Shown: positions 10,442-22,023 of the stretch, one piece after another
How positions within the stretch are numbered: the stretch's first letter is position 1
Layout: every line of letters starts with the position of its first letter
DNA from: Deltaproteobacteria bacterium
GTDB taxonomy: Bacteria > Myxococcota > Kuafuiibacteriia > Kuafuiibacteriales > Kuafuiibacteriaceae
Reading direction: 5' to 3'
NCBI GenBank assembly: GCA_040218735.1
Contig: JAVJQW010000011.1
Span: 352,001 to 416,000 of the forward strand
DNA: 64,000 nt
Notes under the pieces: model-generated
Database searches by the model: none
Told to the model about the DNA's origin: nothing
The model's input: the letters and a program-made list of their open reading frames with translations, nothing else
Translations under genes and position numbers: made by a program

Positions 10442-11008
10442 TCAGCCACCGATGTCGGCTTCACCCTTCGCCTTCTTGTGTCGCTTGCCGAAGCGGCCCT
10501 TCTTCGCCGCGGCGAGCTCCGCCTGGACGATCTGTCCGTCCTGGTTCGTGTCGAGGCGCTCGAACATCTTGTCGACGCGACGGTTCGCCGCCGCCTGCAT
10601 CTCCGCGACGCCGAGGCGGCCATCGCCGTCCGTGTCGACCTTGGAGAATCGCTTCTCCATCTTCTTCTCGAAGCGCGCGGCCCGCTTGGCCTGCTTCTCG
10701 GGGCTCAGGTTCGCGTGGCGCTCGGCGCGCCGCTTACCGAACTTCTCGCGCATGGCCGTCATCTCCTCGCGGTCGATGTAGCCGTCCTTGTTCGCGTCGA
10801 TACGCTCGAGCTTCTTCGTGATCTTCGCTTGGAAGCCCGTCGCCAGCTCGTCGCGCGTCAGGGCGCCGTCTTGGTTCGTGTCCATCTTCATGAGCCGCTT
10901 GCCGCCGTGGCGACCCTTGCCATGCGCGCTCGCGTCGGCCGCACCGACGACACCCACGAGTCCACACACACCCAGGCCCAAGATGATCTTCTGAATGGAA
11001 CGCTTCAT
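10442..11008 (-). CDS. Secreted EF-hand protein
   Basis: Signal peptide; four EF loops ([48 protein letters not shown]); GAGGAGG RBS upstream. Confidence 0.9.
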   Translation of the reverse strand: MKRSIQKIILGLGVCGLVGVVGAADASAHGKGRHGGKRLMKMDTNQDGALTRDELATGFQAKITKKLERIDANKDGYIDREEMTAMREKFGKRRAERHANLSPEKQAKRAARFEKKMEKRFSKVDTDGDGRLGVAEMQAAANRRVDKMFERLDTNQDGQIVQAELAAAKKGRFGKRHKKAKGEADIGG

Positions 11009-11235
11009 TTTCTCTGTCCTCCTCGGGGCTCGCTCTCGGCCCTCGTGGAGTTGAACGGGGCTCGCGGCGAAAAAACTCGACGCTTAACAAACCTTGACGT
11101 TCCTTCGGCGCAGGCCCGGATCCCGACGGAGATTCGGGGGCTTGGCGCCTCGACTGAGACGTGCGCGCCACGGTGGAAGGCCCGCGGGACGACGGCGCCA
11201 CACGTGGCACGGCACGTGAAGTCCCTGCGAAGCGC

Positions 11236-13362
11236 ATGTTTCGCCACGTCGCGCCCACCCTCCTCGGCCTCCTCTTGTGTCAGAGCGCACAAGCGGTCGA
11301 AGCCGACGTCACGCTCGTCGCGGGCCACGTCCTCCTGAAGACCGAGGCACTCGAACCGCTCGCGCCCTATCGCGTCCGCGCGACGTTCGTTCGCACGCTC
11401 CCGGCGGGGTGGTCGCTGTGGCGGGTGACCTCCAGCGAAGGAAAGCCGCTCGACAGCCGCGAGACCAAGGCGCTCCTCGCGCAGCTGGCCGCCGACGAGT
11501 CCGCGCCCCCCTCCGCTGCGGACTCCGTGTACTTCACACGCGCCGTCCCGGACGACGACGACTACGACGACCAGTGGGCCCTCCAAGCCATCCACGCCGA
11601 GGCCGCCTGGGACGTGACGACCGGCGCGTCCAACCAACGCATCGGGGTGATCGACTCCGGCCTCCGGCGCGACCACGAAGATCTGGAAGCCAAGGACCTC
11701 GCGGGCTTCGACTTTATCAGCGACGCCACCGCGGCGATGGACGGAGACGGCCGCGACGCTGACTACTTCGACGACTTCGATCGCACCGACTGCGGCGGGA
11801 CACGCACCGACGGCAGCTACCACGGCACCGCGGTCGCGGGTGTCATCCTCGCGGACACGGACAACAACGACGGCATCGCTGGCGTGAACTGGGGCGCGCA
11901 GCTCGTCTCGGCGCGGGTCGCCGGCGCATGCGGTGCCGCCGTTGCGAGCGACGTGCTGGACGCCGCCGCGTGGCTGGGCGGCGAGTCGGTCGCCGACGTC
12001 CCCGCGCTCGGGGCCGACGCGGTCTCGGTGATCAACGTCAGCATCGGCCGCCCGGGCGCGTGCTCCGCCGCCGAACAGGACGTCGTCGATCTGCTCACGG
12101 CTCGCGGCGTCATCATCGTCGCGAGCGCAGGCAGCGGCTCCGCCGAAGCCCCCGCCAACTGCAACGGTGTCATCGCCGTCGGTGCGCACGGCTCGGACGG
12201 CGCGGCCACCGCGTACACCGCGAAGGACGTCGATCTGTTCGCCCCCGGCGGCGCGCTCACCACGAACCGCGAGGGCATCCGCGCCCCGACCGGGACCGAC
12301 GACAACGACTACGACTGGTTCGAAGGCACCTCGTTCGCCGCCGCCTACGTCACCGGGGCGGTCTCGCTCCTCCTCGCCGTCGATCCCGGCGCATCACCGA
12401 CGCGTATCGTCGCCGCCCTCCGCCAGAGCGCCGCGACCTGCACCGGGTGCGGCAGCGCCGGCGCGCTGGATCTCGCGGCGGCGCTCACGGCGCTGACCAC
12501 GCTGCCTCCCGTCGCCGCCGAAGGTGAAGCGTGCGACGCCGCCATCAGCTGCGACACCGATCTCGTCTGCGCGAGCGGGCGATGCAAGCGAGCTTGCGAC
12601 CTCACGAACGGGGATGGCTGCTCGACGGCCGAACACTGCCTGCCCGTCACCTCCCTGCTCGGCACGGGCGCCTGCTTCACGGCCGGCACGATCGCGGCCG
12701 GCGACGGGTGCATCGAACCCGCCGACTGCGTCGTCGGCGCGGTGTGCACGGACATCGGCGCGGGTCGCAAGTGCTACGCGGCTTGCCACCACGGCTTCTC
12801 CTGCGACGCGGCGCAGGTCTGCACCGCCATCAACCCGTATCTGTCGTACTGCGCCGAGCGACCGGAGGAGCCGGAGCCGGTCGAGCCGATGAACCCGGTG
12901 GAGCCGATGGAGCCCGTCGAGCCGATCACACCTTCGGACTGCCGCATCTCGCTCGGCGTCTTCGACTGCGACAACGGCGAAGGCTGCATCGACGACGGCG
13001 ACGACGACGACGACGGCTTCTGCGCGCCCTGGTCCGGCTCACGTGGCGCGGGCGAGCTCTGCGACGCGCGCTTCGACTGCGCCTCCGGCATCTGCGACTC
13101 GGGCGTGTGCCTGTTCGCGTGCGACGCGGGCGACTGCGTGGGCGGCTACGCGTGTGACCTCGAAGTCATGGACGGCGGCCTGTGCCGCCCGAACCGCTGC
13201 GTCGCGGGTGCGTGCGCCGCCGGGTGGGCCTGCGCGGCGACCGCGTCGGGCGAGAGTGTCTGCGCGGTGTCGGCGGGCGGGTGCACCGCGGTCCACGGCC
13301 GCGCGCCGGCGTGGTCCGTTGTGCTGATCGCGGTGTTGCTCGTCATCCGCCGGCGGGTTTGA
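11236..13362 (+). CDS. S8 subtilase with Cys-rich repeats and a MYXO-CTERM-like tail
   Basis: Triad motifs VIDSG, HGTAVAG, GTSFAA; Cys-rich C-terminal half; AGGC + TM helix + RRRV terminus. Confidence 0.9.
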   Translation: MFRHVAPTLLGLLLCQSAQAVEADVTLVAGHVLLKTEALEPLAPYRVRATFVRTLPAGWSLWRVTSSEGKPLDSRETKALLAQLAADESAPPSAADSVYFTRAVPDDDDYDDQWALQAIHAEAAWDVTTGASNQRIGVIDSGLRRDHEDLEAKDLAGFDFISDATAAMDGDGRDADYFDDFDRTDCGGTRTDGSYHGTAVAGVILADTDNNDGIAGVNWGAQLVSARVAGACGAAVASDVLDAAAWLGGESVADVPALGADAVSVINVSIGRPGACSAAEQDVVDLLTARGVIIVASAGSGSAEAPANCNGVIAVGAHGSDGAATAYTAKDVDLFAPGGALTTNREGIRAPTGTDDNDYDWFEGTSFAAAYVTGAVSLLLAVDPGASPTRIVAALRQSAATCTGCGSAGALDLAAALTALTTLPPVAAEGEACDAAISCDTDLVCASGRCKRACDLTNGDGCSTAEHCLPVTSLLGTGACFTAGTIAAGDGCIEPADCVVGAVCTDIGAGRKCYAACHHGFSCDAAQVCTAINPYLSYCAERPEEPEPVEPMNPVEPMEPVEPITPSDCRISLGVFDCDNGEGCIDDGDDDDDGFCAPWSGSRGAGELCDARFDCASGICDSGVCLFACDAGDCVGGYACDLEVMDGGLCRPNRCVAGACAAGWACAATASGESVCAVSAGGCTAVHGRAPAWSVVLIAVLLVIRRRV

Positions 13363-14218
13363 GCACGATGCGCGAGGGGCGCTGCGCCTCTGGATCGGGA
13401 TCCTCGGCGGCGAGCGATTCGCCCTCGGTCTGTTCGTAGAGCGGATCCCACGGGAGCAAGATCGTGATGTCGCCGTCGATGACACGCACCTTCGGCATCA
13501 CCGGTCCGATGTTCGGCGCGCGCCGCGCGGCCATCTTGGCGACCTCCTCGAACGAAGCCGCGCTCCGAAGCGCGTCCAGCGTGCGTTGGGTCGGCGGCGG
13601 GAGGAAGAGCTCCCCGGCGTAGTGCGCCGACAGCGCTTCGGCGGGTGACAACCACCGCTCCTCGACGAGCTCGTGACGATCCAGCTCGGGGGTCTGGCCG
13701 GCCGGGACCTCCGCGACGAAGAAGCGCGTGTCGAACCGTCGCGGCTCGGCGCTCGGCGTGACCCAGTGATCGAAGTAGTGGATGTGCGTGAGGTCGAGCT
13801 CGAGATCCTCGGCCTCCAGCATCTCGGAGAAGACGGCCTCGCGGTTCGTGAGCTTCTTTCGCCAGTCGGACCAGCGTGTGTCGTCGTCGAGTCGAACGAG
13901 TGTCTCTTCGCCGCGCCGACGCGCGAACAACGCGCCGGCCTCCTCGAAGGTCTCGCGACACGCGGCGACGTACAGCCCGTGCGCGTGGGTCTCGTCGAGC
14001 GCGCGGCCCGGCGTCGCCTTCATGAGCTGAATCGCATCGACGCGTGGGGCTCGGGCGAGCGTGACGGACGCGACGTCGTCGTCGTCCAGCTTGCCGCCCG
14101 GGAAGACAAACGCCCCCGCCATGAACCCGCTGGCCCGATGACGCCTGAGGAGCAGCGTCCTCAGGCCGTCATCGAACCGCTTCAGCAGGACGATCGTCGC
14201 GGCATCCCGAATCGACAT
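13343..14218 (-). CDS. NUDIX hydrolase
   Basis: FVFPGGKLD, AACRETFEEAG, WVTP...RRFDTRFF. Confidence 0.9.
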   Translation of the reverse strand: MSIRDAATIVLLKRFDDGLRTLLLRRHRASGFMAGAFVFPGGKLDDDDVASVTLARAPRVDAIQLMKATPGRALDETHAHGLYVAACRETFEEAGALFARRRGEETLVRLDDDTRWSDWRKKLTNREAVFSEMLEAEDLELDLTHIHYFDHWVTPSAEPRRFDTRFFVAEVPAGQTPELDRHELVEERWLSPAEALSAHYAGELFLPPPTQRTLDALRSAASFEEVAKMAARRAPNIGPVMPKVRVIDGDITILLPWDPLYEQTEGESLAAEDPDPEAQRPSRIVLKPAGG

Positions 14219-14252
14219 CGCCCCGTCCTTTGCCCGACGAACAGGGCGCCTG

Positions 14253-16634
14253 TCACGCGTGCATCGGCTCGGGCTCGGGGTTCGCCGAGAACACGGGCCC
14301 CGCGGGCGCCGTCTCCAGCGCGGCCGCGAGCACCTCGTCCATCTGCGTGACGAAGACGAACTGCATGTCGTCGCGCACCCGCTCCGGGATCTCCTCCGCG
14401 TCGCGCCGGTTGCGCTCCGGGAGGATCACCCGACGAATCCCACGCGCGTGGGCGGCGAGCACCTTGGACTTGATGCCGCCCACCGGGAGCACCCGTCCGC
14501 GTAGCGTCACCTCACCCGTCATCGCGAGGTCGGGCGCCACCGGGCGGTCCGAGAACAACGACGCGATGGCCGTGAACATCGTGACACCCGCCGACGGCCC
14601 GTCCTTGGGCGTCGCACCCGCGGGGACGTGCACGTGGATGTCGCGCGAGGTGAAGAGCGCGTCGTCGATGCCGAGCTCCTCCGCGTGCGACCGCGTGTAC
14701 GTCAACGCAGCTTGCGCCGACTCCTTCATGACGTCGCCGAGCTGCCCCGTGAGCACGAGCTTGCCGGTCCCGGGCACCGCCGTCGCCTCCACGTACAGGA
14801 CGTCGCCGCCCAGCGGGCTCCACGCGAGCCCCGTGGAGATGCCCGGCCTCAAGCCGACCTCGTGCTCCTCCCGGAAGAACTTCTTCCGCCCGAGGTAGTC
14901 CTCCAGGTTGTCGACGTCCACGTGCAGCGGGAGCTCTCCGTCCTCCTTCGCCTTCTTCACCGCCGCCGCGCGGAAGATCTTCGCCAGCACGCGCTGCAGC
15001 TGTCGAACACCCGCCTCGCGCGTCCACCCGTCGATCGCCGCCTCCAGCACGGCGTCGTCGAGCTCCACGTCCGCCCGATCGAGACCCGCGTTCTTCGCGA
15101 GCTTCGTCAGCACGTGCGCCTTCGCGATGTTCAGCTTCTCGTCCTGCGTGTAGCCCTCGATCTCGAGGATCTCCATGCGGTCGCGCAGCGGTGCGGGCAC
15201 GGCGGACAGGTCGTTGGCCGTCGCGATGAACAACACCTTCGACAGGTCGAACGGCACCTCCAGGTAATGGTCGACGAACGCGTGGTTCTGCTCGGGGTCG
15301 AGGATCTCCAGGAGCGCCGCCGCAGGATCGCCCTGCCAACCGCGCCCCATCTTGTCGACCTCGTCGAGCAACACCACCGGGTCCGAAGCCCCCGCGCGAC
15401 GCAGGCCCTCGACGAGCCGCCCCGGGCGCGCGCCGACGTACGTGCGGCGATGCCCACGCAGCTCCGCTTCGTCGCGGACACCACCGAGCGCCACGCGCAC
15501 CAGCTTCTTGTCCGTCGCCTCCGCGATCGCCTCCGCGATGCTCGTCTTGCCGACGCCGGGCGGGCCGACGAGCAGCAACACGTCCGCGCGCCCCGTTCCG
15601 GCGAGTTTCTTCACCGCGAGGTGCTCGAGCACCTGCCGCTTCACGTCTTCGAGACCGAAGTGCGTCTCGTCGAGTGTCTTCTCGAGCACGCCGAGATCGA
15701 TACCGCTCTCACTCGTCTTGCCCCACGGCAGATCCGCGATCCAGTTGAGCCAGTCGATCGCGACGTTGCGCTCCGCCGACCCGCGCTGCAGCCGCGACAT
15801 CCGCGACACCTCGCGGTCGACGGCGTTCTTGGCCTCCTCCGACAGCGCCATCGCGTCGATGCGCTCCTTCAGCGGCTTCACCTCGTCATCCTCGGCGCCT
15901 TCGCCGAGCTCCGCGCGAATCGCTTCGAGCTGACGACGCAACATGACCTCGCGCTCCTGATCACCGAGCGTCGATCGCACGCGGTCACGGATCTTCTTCT
16001 GCGCGTCCGCGAGCTCCTTCGCCCGCTCGACCTGCGCGAGCACCTTCTCGGCGCGCACGAGCGGATCCACCGTGAGCAAGATGTCTTGCTTCCACGGCAT
16101 GTCCGCGTCGACGACGTACGCGATCAGGTCCACGAGCACACTCGGGTCCGTGACCTTGTCGAGCAGTTCCTGCACCGGGAGATTCGCGGACGCGACCTCC
16201 ACCACCGACGACACCGCTTCGTGCAGCGCGCTCTCGAGCGCGTCACCTTCGACGCCCTCCGGCCACTTCGCGCCGAGCCGCTCGATGCGCGCCTCGAAGT
16301 ACGGCTTGGGCCCGTCCACCTCGCTCAGGCGGACGCGCTCCACGCCCTGGATAGCTACGATCTGACGATCGCCGTTCACCGCCGGCGGACGCACGACGCG
16401 CGCGAGGATGCCGATCGGGAGGAGGTCGCTCGGGTTGGGATCCGCGACCGGTTCTCGCTGGACCGCGACCACGATCCAGCCGTCGACCGCATTCTCCAGC
16501 GCCCTCAGGGACACCGAACGTGCCACCGCAAACGGCGACACGACCTGCGGATAAAGGAAGCCCTGCCGAAGCGGCAGGACGGGGAGACGCTGGGGCAGGT
16601 GACGAGGGACGTGAAAGTCACGGTTCGGTTTCAT
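14253..16634 (-). CDS. lon: ATP-dependent Lon protease
   Basis: Lon N domain (LPVLPLR), Walker A GPPGVGKTS, LLDEVDK, catalytic PKDGPSAG and GGIKSK. Confidence 0.97.
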   Translation of the reverse strand: MKPNRDFHVPRHLPQRLPVLPLRQGFLYPQVVSPFAVARSVSLRALENAVDGWIVVAVQREPVADPNPSDLLPIGILARVVRPPAVNGDRQIVAIQGVERVRLSEVDGPKPYFEARIERLGAKWPEGVEGDALESALHEAVSSVVEVASANLPVQELLDKVTDPSVLVDLIAYVVDADMPWKQDILLTVDPLVRAEKVLAQVERAKELADAQKKIRDRVRSTLGDQEREVMLRRQLEAIRAELGEGAEDDEVKPLKERIDAMALSEEAKNAVDREVSRMSRLQRGSAERNVAIDWLNWIADLPWGKTSESGIDLGVLEKTLDETHFGLEDVKRQVLEHLAVKKLAGTGRADVLLLVGPPGVGKTSIAEAIAEATDKKLVRVALGGVRDEAELRGHRRTYVGARPGRLVEGLRRAGASDPVVLLDEVDKMGRGWQGDPAAALLEILDPEQNHAFVDHYLEVPFDLSKVLFIATANDLSAVPAPLRDRMEILEIEGYTQDEKLNIAKAHVLTKLAKNAGLDRADVELDDAVLEAAIDGWTREAGVRQLQRVLAKIFRAAAVKKAKEDGELPLHVDVDNLEDYLGRKKFFREEHEVGLRPGISTGLAWSPLGGDVLYVEATAVPGTGKLVLTGQLGDVMKESAQAALTYTRSHAEELGIDDALFTSRDIHVHVPAGATPKDGPSAGVTMFTAIASLFSDRPVAPDLAMTGEVTLRGRVLPVGGIKSKVLAAHARGIRRVILPERNRRDAEEIPERVRDDMQFVFVTQMDEVLAAALETAPAGPVFSANPEPEPMHA

Positions 16635-16702
16635 CGCCCGCCGTTCCAACCACACCGGCGGGTCGGTCAAGCGGACCCACGTCCTTTTCTCTCAACTCCT
16701 CG

Positions 16703-19700
16703 TCATCGCCGACGTTTCATCAGCAGCGCAATCAGCCCCACGAACCACCACGCCGTCCCATCCGCGCGTTGGGTCGCGCGACAGCCGCACCCGCCGCCAG
16801 CGACGGAGTAGCGATCGTCGATGCCATCGCCGTTGGCGTCGAGATCACACACGTCGCCCAGACCATCACCGTCCGTGTCGAGCTGATCGGCGTTGGCGTC
16901 GTCCGGGCAGTTGTCGACGCCGTTCACGACGCCGTCGTCATCGTCGTCACCCTCCAGGATCGGCGTGCAGTCACTCGGCTCGCCGTCACACGTCCAGCCG
17001 CGCTCTACGAAGCAGTCGGACGCGCACCCGTCGCCGTCGACGTTGTTGCCGTCGTCGCACTGCTCGAAGCCCTCGAGCGTTCCGTTGCCGCAGAGCGCGG
17101 GGACGTCGTCCGAAGGATCGTTCGGGTCGCGCTCACCTGAGTCCACGCGCCCGTTGGCGTTGGTGTCCTCCGCGCCGTCCGCCACCGTGCCGCCGTCGGT
17201 GTCGGCGTTGGTCGGGTCGGTCGTGCTCGAAGGATCCGCGTCCGCCTCGAACGTCGGCGACGTCCCGCGGTACGCCACCCCCGCTCCGTCGCTCACCCCC
17301 GAGGGCACCGGTCCCAGCCCGACCTCGAGCCCGTCCGGGAGCCCGTCGTCGTCGGTGTCCGCGTCGAGCGGGTTCGTGATGAACCCGTCCTGCCCCGCCG
17401 CGATCTCTTCACCATCGGAGAGGCCGTCGTCGTCGGTGTCCGCGTCACGCGGGTCGGTGTCGATCCCCGGATCGAACGCGAGCGGGTCACCCATCGCGAT
17501 CTCGTCGCCGTCGTCGATGCCGTCGCCGTCCGTGTCCGCGTCCATCGGGTCGGTGCCGAGGCTCACCTCCAACGTGTCGGACAGTCCGTCCTGATCGCTG
17601 TCGGTGATGTCCATCGTGCACTGGCTCGGTTCGCCGACGCAGATCCACCCCGGCTCGACCACGCAGACGTTGGAGCACCCGTCACCGTTCGCGGTGTTGG
17701 CGTCGTCGCACAGCTCGCCCACGTCGATTACGCCGTTGCCGCAGGTCACCGGCACGTCGTCGCTCGGGTCGAGCGGATCACGCTCGCCGGCATCGACACG
17801 GCCGTTGTGGTTCAAGTCCTCGAGCCCGTCCGGCGCCGTCCCCCCGTCGGTGTCCGCATCGGTCGGGTCGGTCTGCGTCGTCGGGTCCGCGTCGGGCGCA
17901 AAGCCGGGGTCGGTGCCTGCGAAGAACACCCCCGTCGAAGCGCTGCTCCCCGAGGCGGTCGGAACCGCGCTGGTCTCTACCCCGTCGAGCAAGCCGTCGC
18001 CGTCCGTGTCGGAGTCGAGCGGGTCGGTCACGTAGCCGTCGTTGCCCGCGACGATCTCTTCGCCGTCGATGATGCCGTCGTTGTCGGTGTCCGCGTCGAG
18101 CGGGTCGGTGTCGACACCAACGTCGTACGTCGCCGCGTCCGCGCCGCCCGCGACCTCGTCGCCGTCGTCGATGCCGTCACCGTCGGTGTCCGCGACGTGC
18201 GGGTCGGTGCCGAGCGCGACCTCCTCCGCGTTGGTCAGGCCGTCGCCGTCCGGATCGGCGAGCGCGCCCGTGCACTGGCTCGGCGTTCCGACGCAGACGA
18301 AGCCCGGCTCCACCGAGCACACCGCGGAGCAGCCGTCGCCCGCGACGTTGTTCCCGTCGTCGCACGCCTCGCCGAGGTCGACGACGCCGTCGCCGCAGGT
18401 CACCGGGGCGTCGTCGGCCGGGTTCAGCGGATCGCGCTCGAAGCCATCCACACGACCGTTGCCGTTGAGATCCTCCGCACCGTCCGACGCCCCACCGCCG
18501 TCGGTGTCGTCATCCGTCGGGTCGGTCGAGGTCGTCGGGTCGAGGTCACCGAGGTAACTCGGGCCGGTTCCACTGAAAGGAACGACGCCGCTCGAGGTCC
18601 CCGAAGCGACCGCCGGCGCGCTCGTCTCGACGCCGTCGAGCACCCCATCGCCGTCGGTGTCCGGGTCGAGCGGATCCGTGACGAACCCATCGAGGCCCGC
18701 GACGATCTCTTCACCGTCGGCGATCCCGTCGTCGTCCGAGTCGGCGTCCGTCGGGTTCGTGCCCGCCGCGATCTCGTCGCCGTCGTCGATGCCGTCGCCG
18801 TCCGTGTCGGCGTCGGTCGGGTCCGTCCCCAGCGCGACCTCCTGATCGTCCGACAGCCCGTCGCCGTCCGAGTCCACGACCATTGTGCAGACACTCGGCG
18901 CGCCGACACACGTGTAACCCGGCTCCACGACACACGCCGCCGAGCACCCGTCGCCCGCCGTGGTGTTCAAGTCGTCGCACAGCTCGCCCGCATCGAGGAC
19001 GCCGTCGCCGCACGTCGCAGGAACGTCGTCACTCGGGTCGTTCGGGTTGCGCTCGCCCGCATCGACGCGACCGTTACCGTTCACGTCCTCCGCGCCGTCG
19101 GGCGCGCCGCCGCCGTCGGTGTCCGCCGCAGTCGGATCCGTCGAGCTCGTCGGGTCGGCGTCGACGACGAACCCGGGGGCGGTGCCGAGGTACGGCGTCT
19201 GGTTACCGTCGCTGGTCCCCGCCGGCACGCCCGTCGCGCTGGTCTCGACGCCGTCGAGGATCCCGTCGCCGTCGGTGTCGGCGTTCGTCGGATCCGTGAG
19301 CACGCCGTCCACACCGAGCGTGACCTCCTCGCCGTCGGAGATGCCGTCGTCGTCACCGTCGGCGTCGAGCGGGTCCGTCACGAACCCGTCCGCGCCCGGA
19401 TAGATCTCCTCGCCGTCCGAGAGTCCGTCGCCGTCGGTGTCCGCGTCCTGCGGGTCGGTGCCGATGACCAGCTCGACGCCGTTCGGAACGCCGTCGCCGT
19501 CGCTGTCGAAGCCGTCGTCGGTCGGATCGTTCGGGTCCGTCTCGCCCGGATCGATCCGTCCGTTCCCGTCCGCATCCTCCACGCCGTCCGGCACCCCGCC
19601 GCCATCGGTGTCGGCGTTCGCCGGGTCCGTCTGCGTCGTCGGATCGACGTCCGGGACGAACGTGGGCGCCGTGCCCGCGAAGGGTGTCCCGCCCGCCGTC

Positions 19701-21985
19701 ACGCCGCCGCTCACCGGCGTCGCGCTCACCTCGACGCCATCGAGGATCCCGTCGCCGTCGCTGTCCGGGTTCGCCGGGTCGGTGCCGAAGCCCGCCTCGG
19801 CGCCGTCCGCGATGCCGTCGTCGTCCGTGTCCGCGTCCGCCGGGTTCGTGTCGAGCCCCGGATCGAACGCGTTCGGATCGCCGCCTGCGACCTCGGCGCC
19901 GTCGTCGATGCCGTCGCCGTCCGTGTCGGGGTCGAGCGGGTCGGTCCCGAGCGTGGCCTCGACGCCGTTGGTCAGCCCGTCCATGTCGTTGTCACCGCCG
20001 GGCCCGTCGGTGTCGTCGGGGTCGAGGTAGTTCGGGATGCCGTCGAGATCGATGTCGCCGGTCCCTTCGATCGCGTCCGGGTTGCCGTCGCCGTCGGAGT
20101 CGAGGTCGAGGTAGTTCGGGAGGCCGTCGCCGTCGGGGTTCAGTCCGAACGTCACGCCGTCCGAGAACTCGATCGCCGTCGGGATGCCGTCGCCGTCGTC
20201 GTCCTCGTCGCGGAAGTTCGGCGTCCCGTCCATGTCGGTGTCGACGTTCCGCTCCGTGCGGTCCGGAACGCCGTCGTCGTCGCTGTCCGGGTCACGTGCG
20301 TCGAGCCGCCCGTCGCCGTCGGTGTCGATCGGCAAGCCGCCGTTCGTCTCGATGCCGTCGTCGATCAGATCGCCGTCCGTGTCCGGGTTGTTCGGGTTGG
20401 TGCCGAGCGCGATCTCGACGAGGTTCGGGACGCCGTCCCCGTCGTTGTCATCGTCGCTCGGGTCGTTCGGGTTCGACTCCCCCGGGTCGATCGCACCGTC
20501 GAGGTTCGTGTCCTCGCTCCCGTCGGGCTCGCCGCCGCCGTCGGTGTCGATGACCGCCGGGTTGGTCTGCGTAAGCGGATCCGCGTCGGGTACGAACGTC
20601 GGCGCGGTGCCGGCGTAGGGCGTCCCGAGGACGTCGCTCACCCCGCCCGGCACGGGCGTCGCGCTGGTCTCGACGCCATCGACGATCCCGTCGCCGTCCG
20701 TGTCCGGATCGAGCGGGTCGATGTTCAGGGTCAGCTCCTGCCCGTCCGCGATGCCGTCGTCGTCGGAGTCCGCGTCCAGCGGGTCCGTCCCCAGCGTGAC
20801 CTCCTGCCCGTCGAGGAGCCCGTCCCCGTCGGTGTCGGCGTCCGCGAGGTCCGTGCCCTGGTTGGCCTCTTCGAGGTTCGTCAGGCCGTCGTTGTCGAGG
20901 TCCTCGTTCGCGTCCGGCGTTCCGTCGCCGTCGGAGTCGGTGTCGCGGTAGTCGGGCAGCCCGTCGCAGTCGGTGTCGACGGGCGGGGTGTTCGGGTCCG
21001 CGTCGCCCGCCTCAAGGAGGTCCGGTATGCCATCCCCGTCGGAGTCCGGGTCCGCGAAGTCGTCGAGCGCGTCGCCGTCCGTGTTGCGCGGGTTGGAGAA
21101 CATCCCGATCTCGTGGCGGTCGAGGATCGAGTCGCCGTCGGTGTCCGGCGACGTCGGCGAAGAACCGGCCTCCGCCTCGGCCGCGTTCGACACGCCGTCG
21201 TTGTCCGTGTCGGGATCACCGTTCGTGATCACCACGTTGTCGAACACGGTATCGACGCGCGGTGGGTTCAGCTCCGCGTTGCCGCTGTCGATCGACAGCA
21301 ACCCGTAGAACCCGTCGGGGAGCGGCGTGGGATCGAAGTGCTCCAGCACCACGTCGTTGCCGTTGCCGAGGATCCCATCGCGGTTCGAGTCGATCGTGCA
21401 CCGTACGAGATCGCCGTTCGTCGCCGGGAGCACTTCGAGCCGCATCCTGTAGGTCTGGTTGAACAGGTAGAAGAACTGCGTGTCCTGCTCGACGACGTAG
21501 TCGTTAGTGCACTGCGCCGCGCTGTTCACGCGAGCCAACGCGTTGCGACTCCCGAACCCGAGCGACGCGCCGTTGCCGTTGCAATCCGCGTAGCGGTCGC
21601 GCGTCATCCAACAGGCGTAATAGGTCTGTGGTCCCGCGTAGCGCGCGACGAGGCCGACCTGGTCGTCGTCCTCCGTGTTGATGTCCGCTTCGATCGCTTG
21701 GTAGCGCCACGCGCTCGAGCCGGTGACGAGGAACGTCTCGTACTCGTCGGCCGGCGGACCGAAGGCCCCACCCGCGAGGTTGTCGGTGCGCGGCGAGACG
21801 CCGTTGTTCGCGTCGGTTCGCCAGGTGTCGACGTTGGCCGTCGACCACCAACCGTTGTCGCCGATCGGCCGCCCGAACGTGAGGTCGCTCGAGCAGGTGA
21901 AGTCGTCTTCGAACGCGACGGTTTGCGCGGTCGCCTCCGTCGCGATCGCGCAAACGAACGCGACGACTCCCAGGATGCGCCTCAC
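16703..21985 (-). CDS. 1760-aa cell-surface protein with thrombospondin type-3-like Ca-binding repeats, four myxobacterial Cys-rich repeats and MYXO-CTERM
   Basis: Signal peptide; dozens of DTDGDG..DG.E units; 4x CG.G......E.CDD.N...GDGC; [24 protein letters not shown]; GGGCGC + TM + KRRR. Confidence 0.92.
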   Translation of the reverse strand: MRRILGVVAFVCAIATEATAQTVAFEDDFTCSSDLTFGRPIGDNGWWSTANVDTWRTDANNGVSPRTDNLAGGAFGPPADEYETFLVTGSSAWRYQAIEADINTEDDDQVGLVARYAGPQTYYACWMTRDRYADCNGNGASLGFGSRNALARVNSAAQCTNDYVVEQDTQFFYLFNQTYRMRLEVLPATNGDLVRCTIDSNRDGILGNGNDVVLEHFDPTPLPDGFYGLLSIDSGNAELNPPRVDTVFDNVVITNGDPDTDNDGVSNAAEAEAGSSPTSPDTDGDSILDRHEIGMFSNPRNTDGDALDDFADPDSDGDGIPDLLEAGDADPNTPPVDTDCDGLPDYRDTDSDGDGTPDANEDLDNDGLTNLEEANQGTDLADADTDGDGLLDGQEVTLGTDPLDADSDDDGIADGQELTLNIDPLDPDTDGDGIVDGVETSATPVPGGVSDVLGTPYAGTAPTFVPDADPLTQTNPAVIDTDGGGEPDGSEDTNLDGAIDPGESNPNDPSDDDNDGDGVPNLVEIALGTNPNNPDTDGDLIDDGIETNGGLPIDTDGDGRLDARDPDSDDDGVPDRTERNVDTDMDGTPNFRDEDDDGDGIPTAIEFSDGVTFGLNPDGDGLPNYLDLDSDGDGNPDAIEGTGDIDLDGIPNYLDPDDTDGPGGDNDMDGLTNGVEATLGTDPLDPDTDGDGIDDGAEVAGGDPNAFDPGLDTNPADADTDDDGIADGAEAGFGTDPANPDSDGDGILDGVEVSATPVSGGVTAGGTPFAGTAPTFVPDVDPTTQTDPANADTDGGGVPDGVEDADGNGRIDPGETDPNDPTDDGFDSDGDGVPNGVELVIGTDPQDADTDGDGLSDGEEIYPGADGFVTDPLDADGDDDGISDGEEVTLGVDGVLTDPTNADTDGDGILDGVETSATGVPAGTSDGNQTPYLGTAPGFVVDADPTSSTDPTAADTDGGGAPDGAEDVNGNGRVDAGERNPNDPSDDVPATCGDGVLDAGELCDDLNTTAGDGCSAACVVEPGYTCVGAPSVCTMVVDSDGDGLSDDQEVALGTDPTDADTDGDGIDDGDEIAAGTNPTDADSDDDGIADGEEIVAGLDGFVTDPLDPDTDGDGVLDGVETSAPAVASGTSSGVVPFSGTGPSYLGDLDPTTSTDPTDDDTDGGGASDGAEDLNGNGRVDGFERDPLNPADDAPVTCGDGVVDLGEACDDGNNVAGDGCSAVCSVEPGFVCVGTPSQCTGALADPDGDGLTNAEEVALGTDPHVADTDGDGIDDGDEVAGGADAATYDVGVDTDPLDADTDNDGIIDGEEIVAGNDGYVTDPLDSDTDGDGLLDGVETSAVPTASGSSASTGVFFAGTDPGFAPDADPTTQTDPTDADTDGGTAPDGLEDLNHNGRVDAGERDPLDPSDDVPVTCGNGVIDVGELCDDANTANGDGCSNVCVVEPGWICVGEPSQCTMDITDSDQDGLSDTLEVSLGTDPMDADTDGDGIDDGDEIAMGDPLAFDPGIDTDPRDADTDDDGLSDGEEIAAGQDGFITNPLDADTDDDGLPDGLEVGLGPVPSGVSDGAGVAYRGTSPTFEADADPSSTTDPTNADTDGGTVADGAEDTNANGRVDSGERDPNDPSDDVPALCGNGTLEGFEQCDDGNNVDGDGCASDCFVERGWTCDGEPSDCTPILEGDDDDDGVVNGVDNCPDDANADQLDTDGDGLGDVCDLDANGDGIDDRYSVAGGGCGCRATQRADGTAWWFVGLIALLMKRRR

Positions 21986-22023
21986 GCCGTCACCTCACCC
22001 CCATTGTTGCGCACAATCGCGTC

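Noticed and set aside
11205-11220. TGGCACGGCACGTGAA, sigma-54-like site before the subtilase
   Set aside because: Good -24 element, but GA replaces the conserved -12 GC; too weak to call.
12865-12925. EP(V/M) short repeats in the subtilase
   Set aside because: A low-complexity linker between Cys-rich blocks.
14628-16811. Long antisense ORFs over lon (similarly 45179-47836 over FDH and 49108-51216 over the cytochrome gene)
   Set aside because: Each fully overlaps a well-supported gene on the other strand and lacks recognisable motifs.
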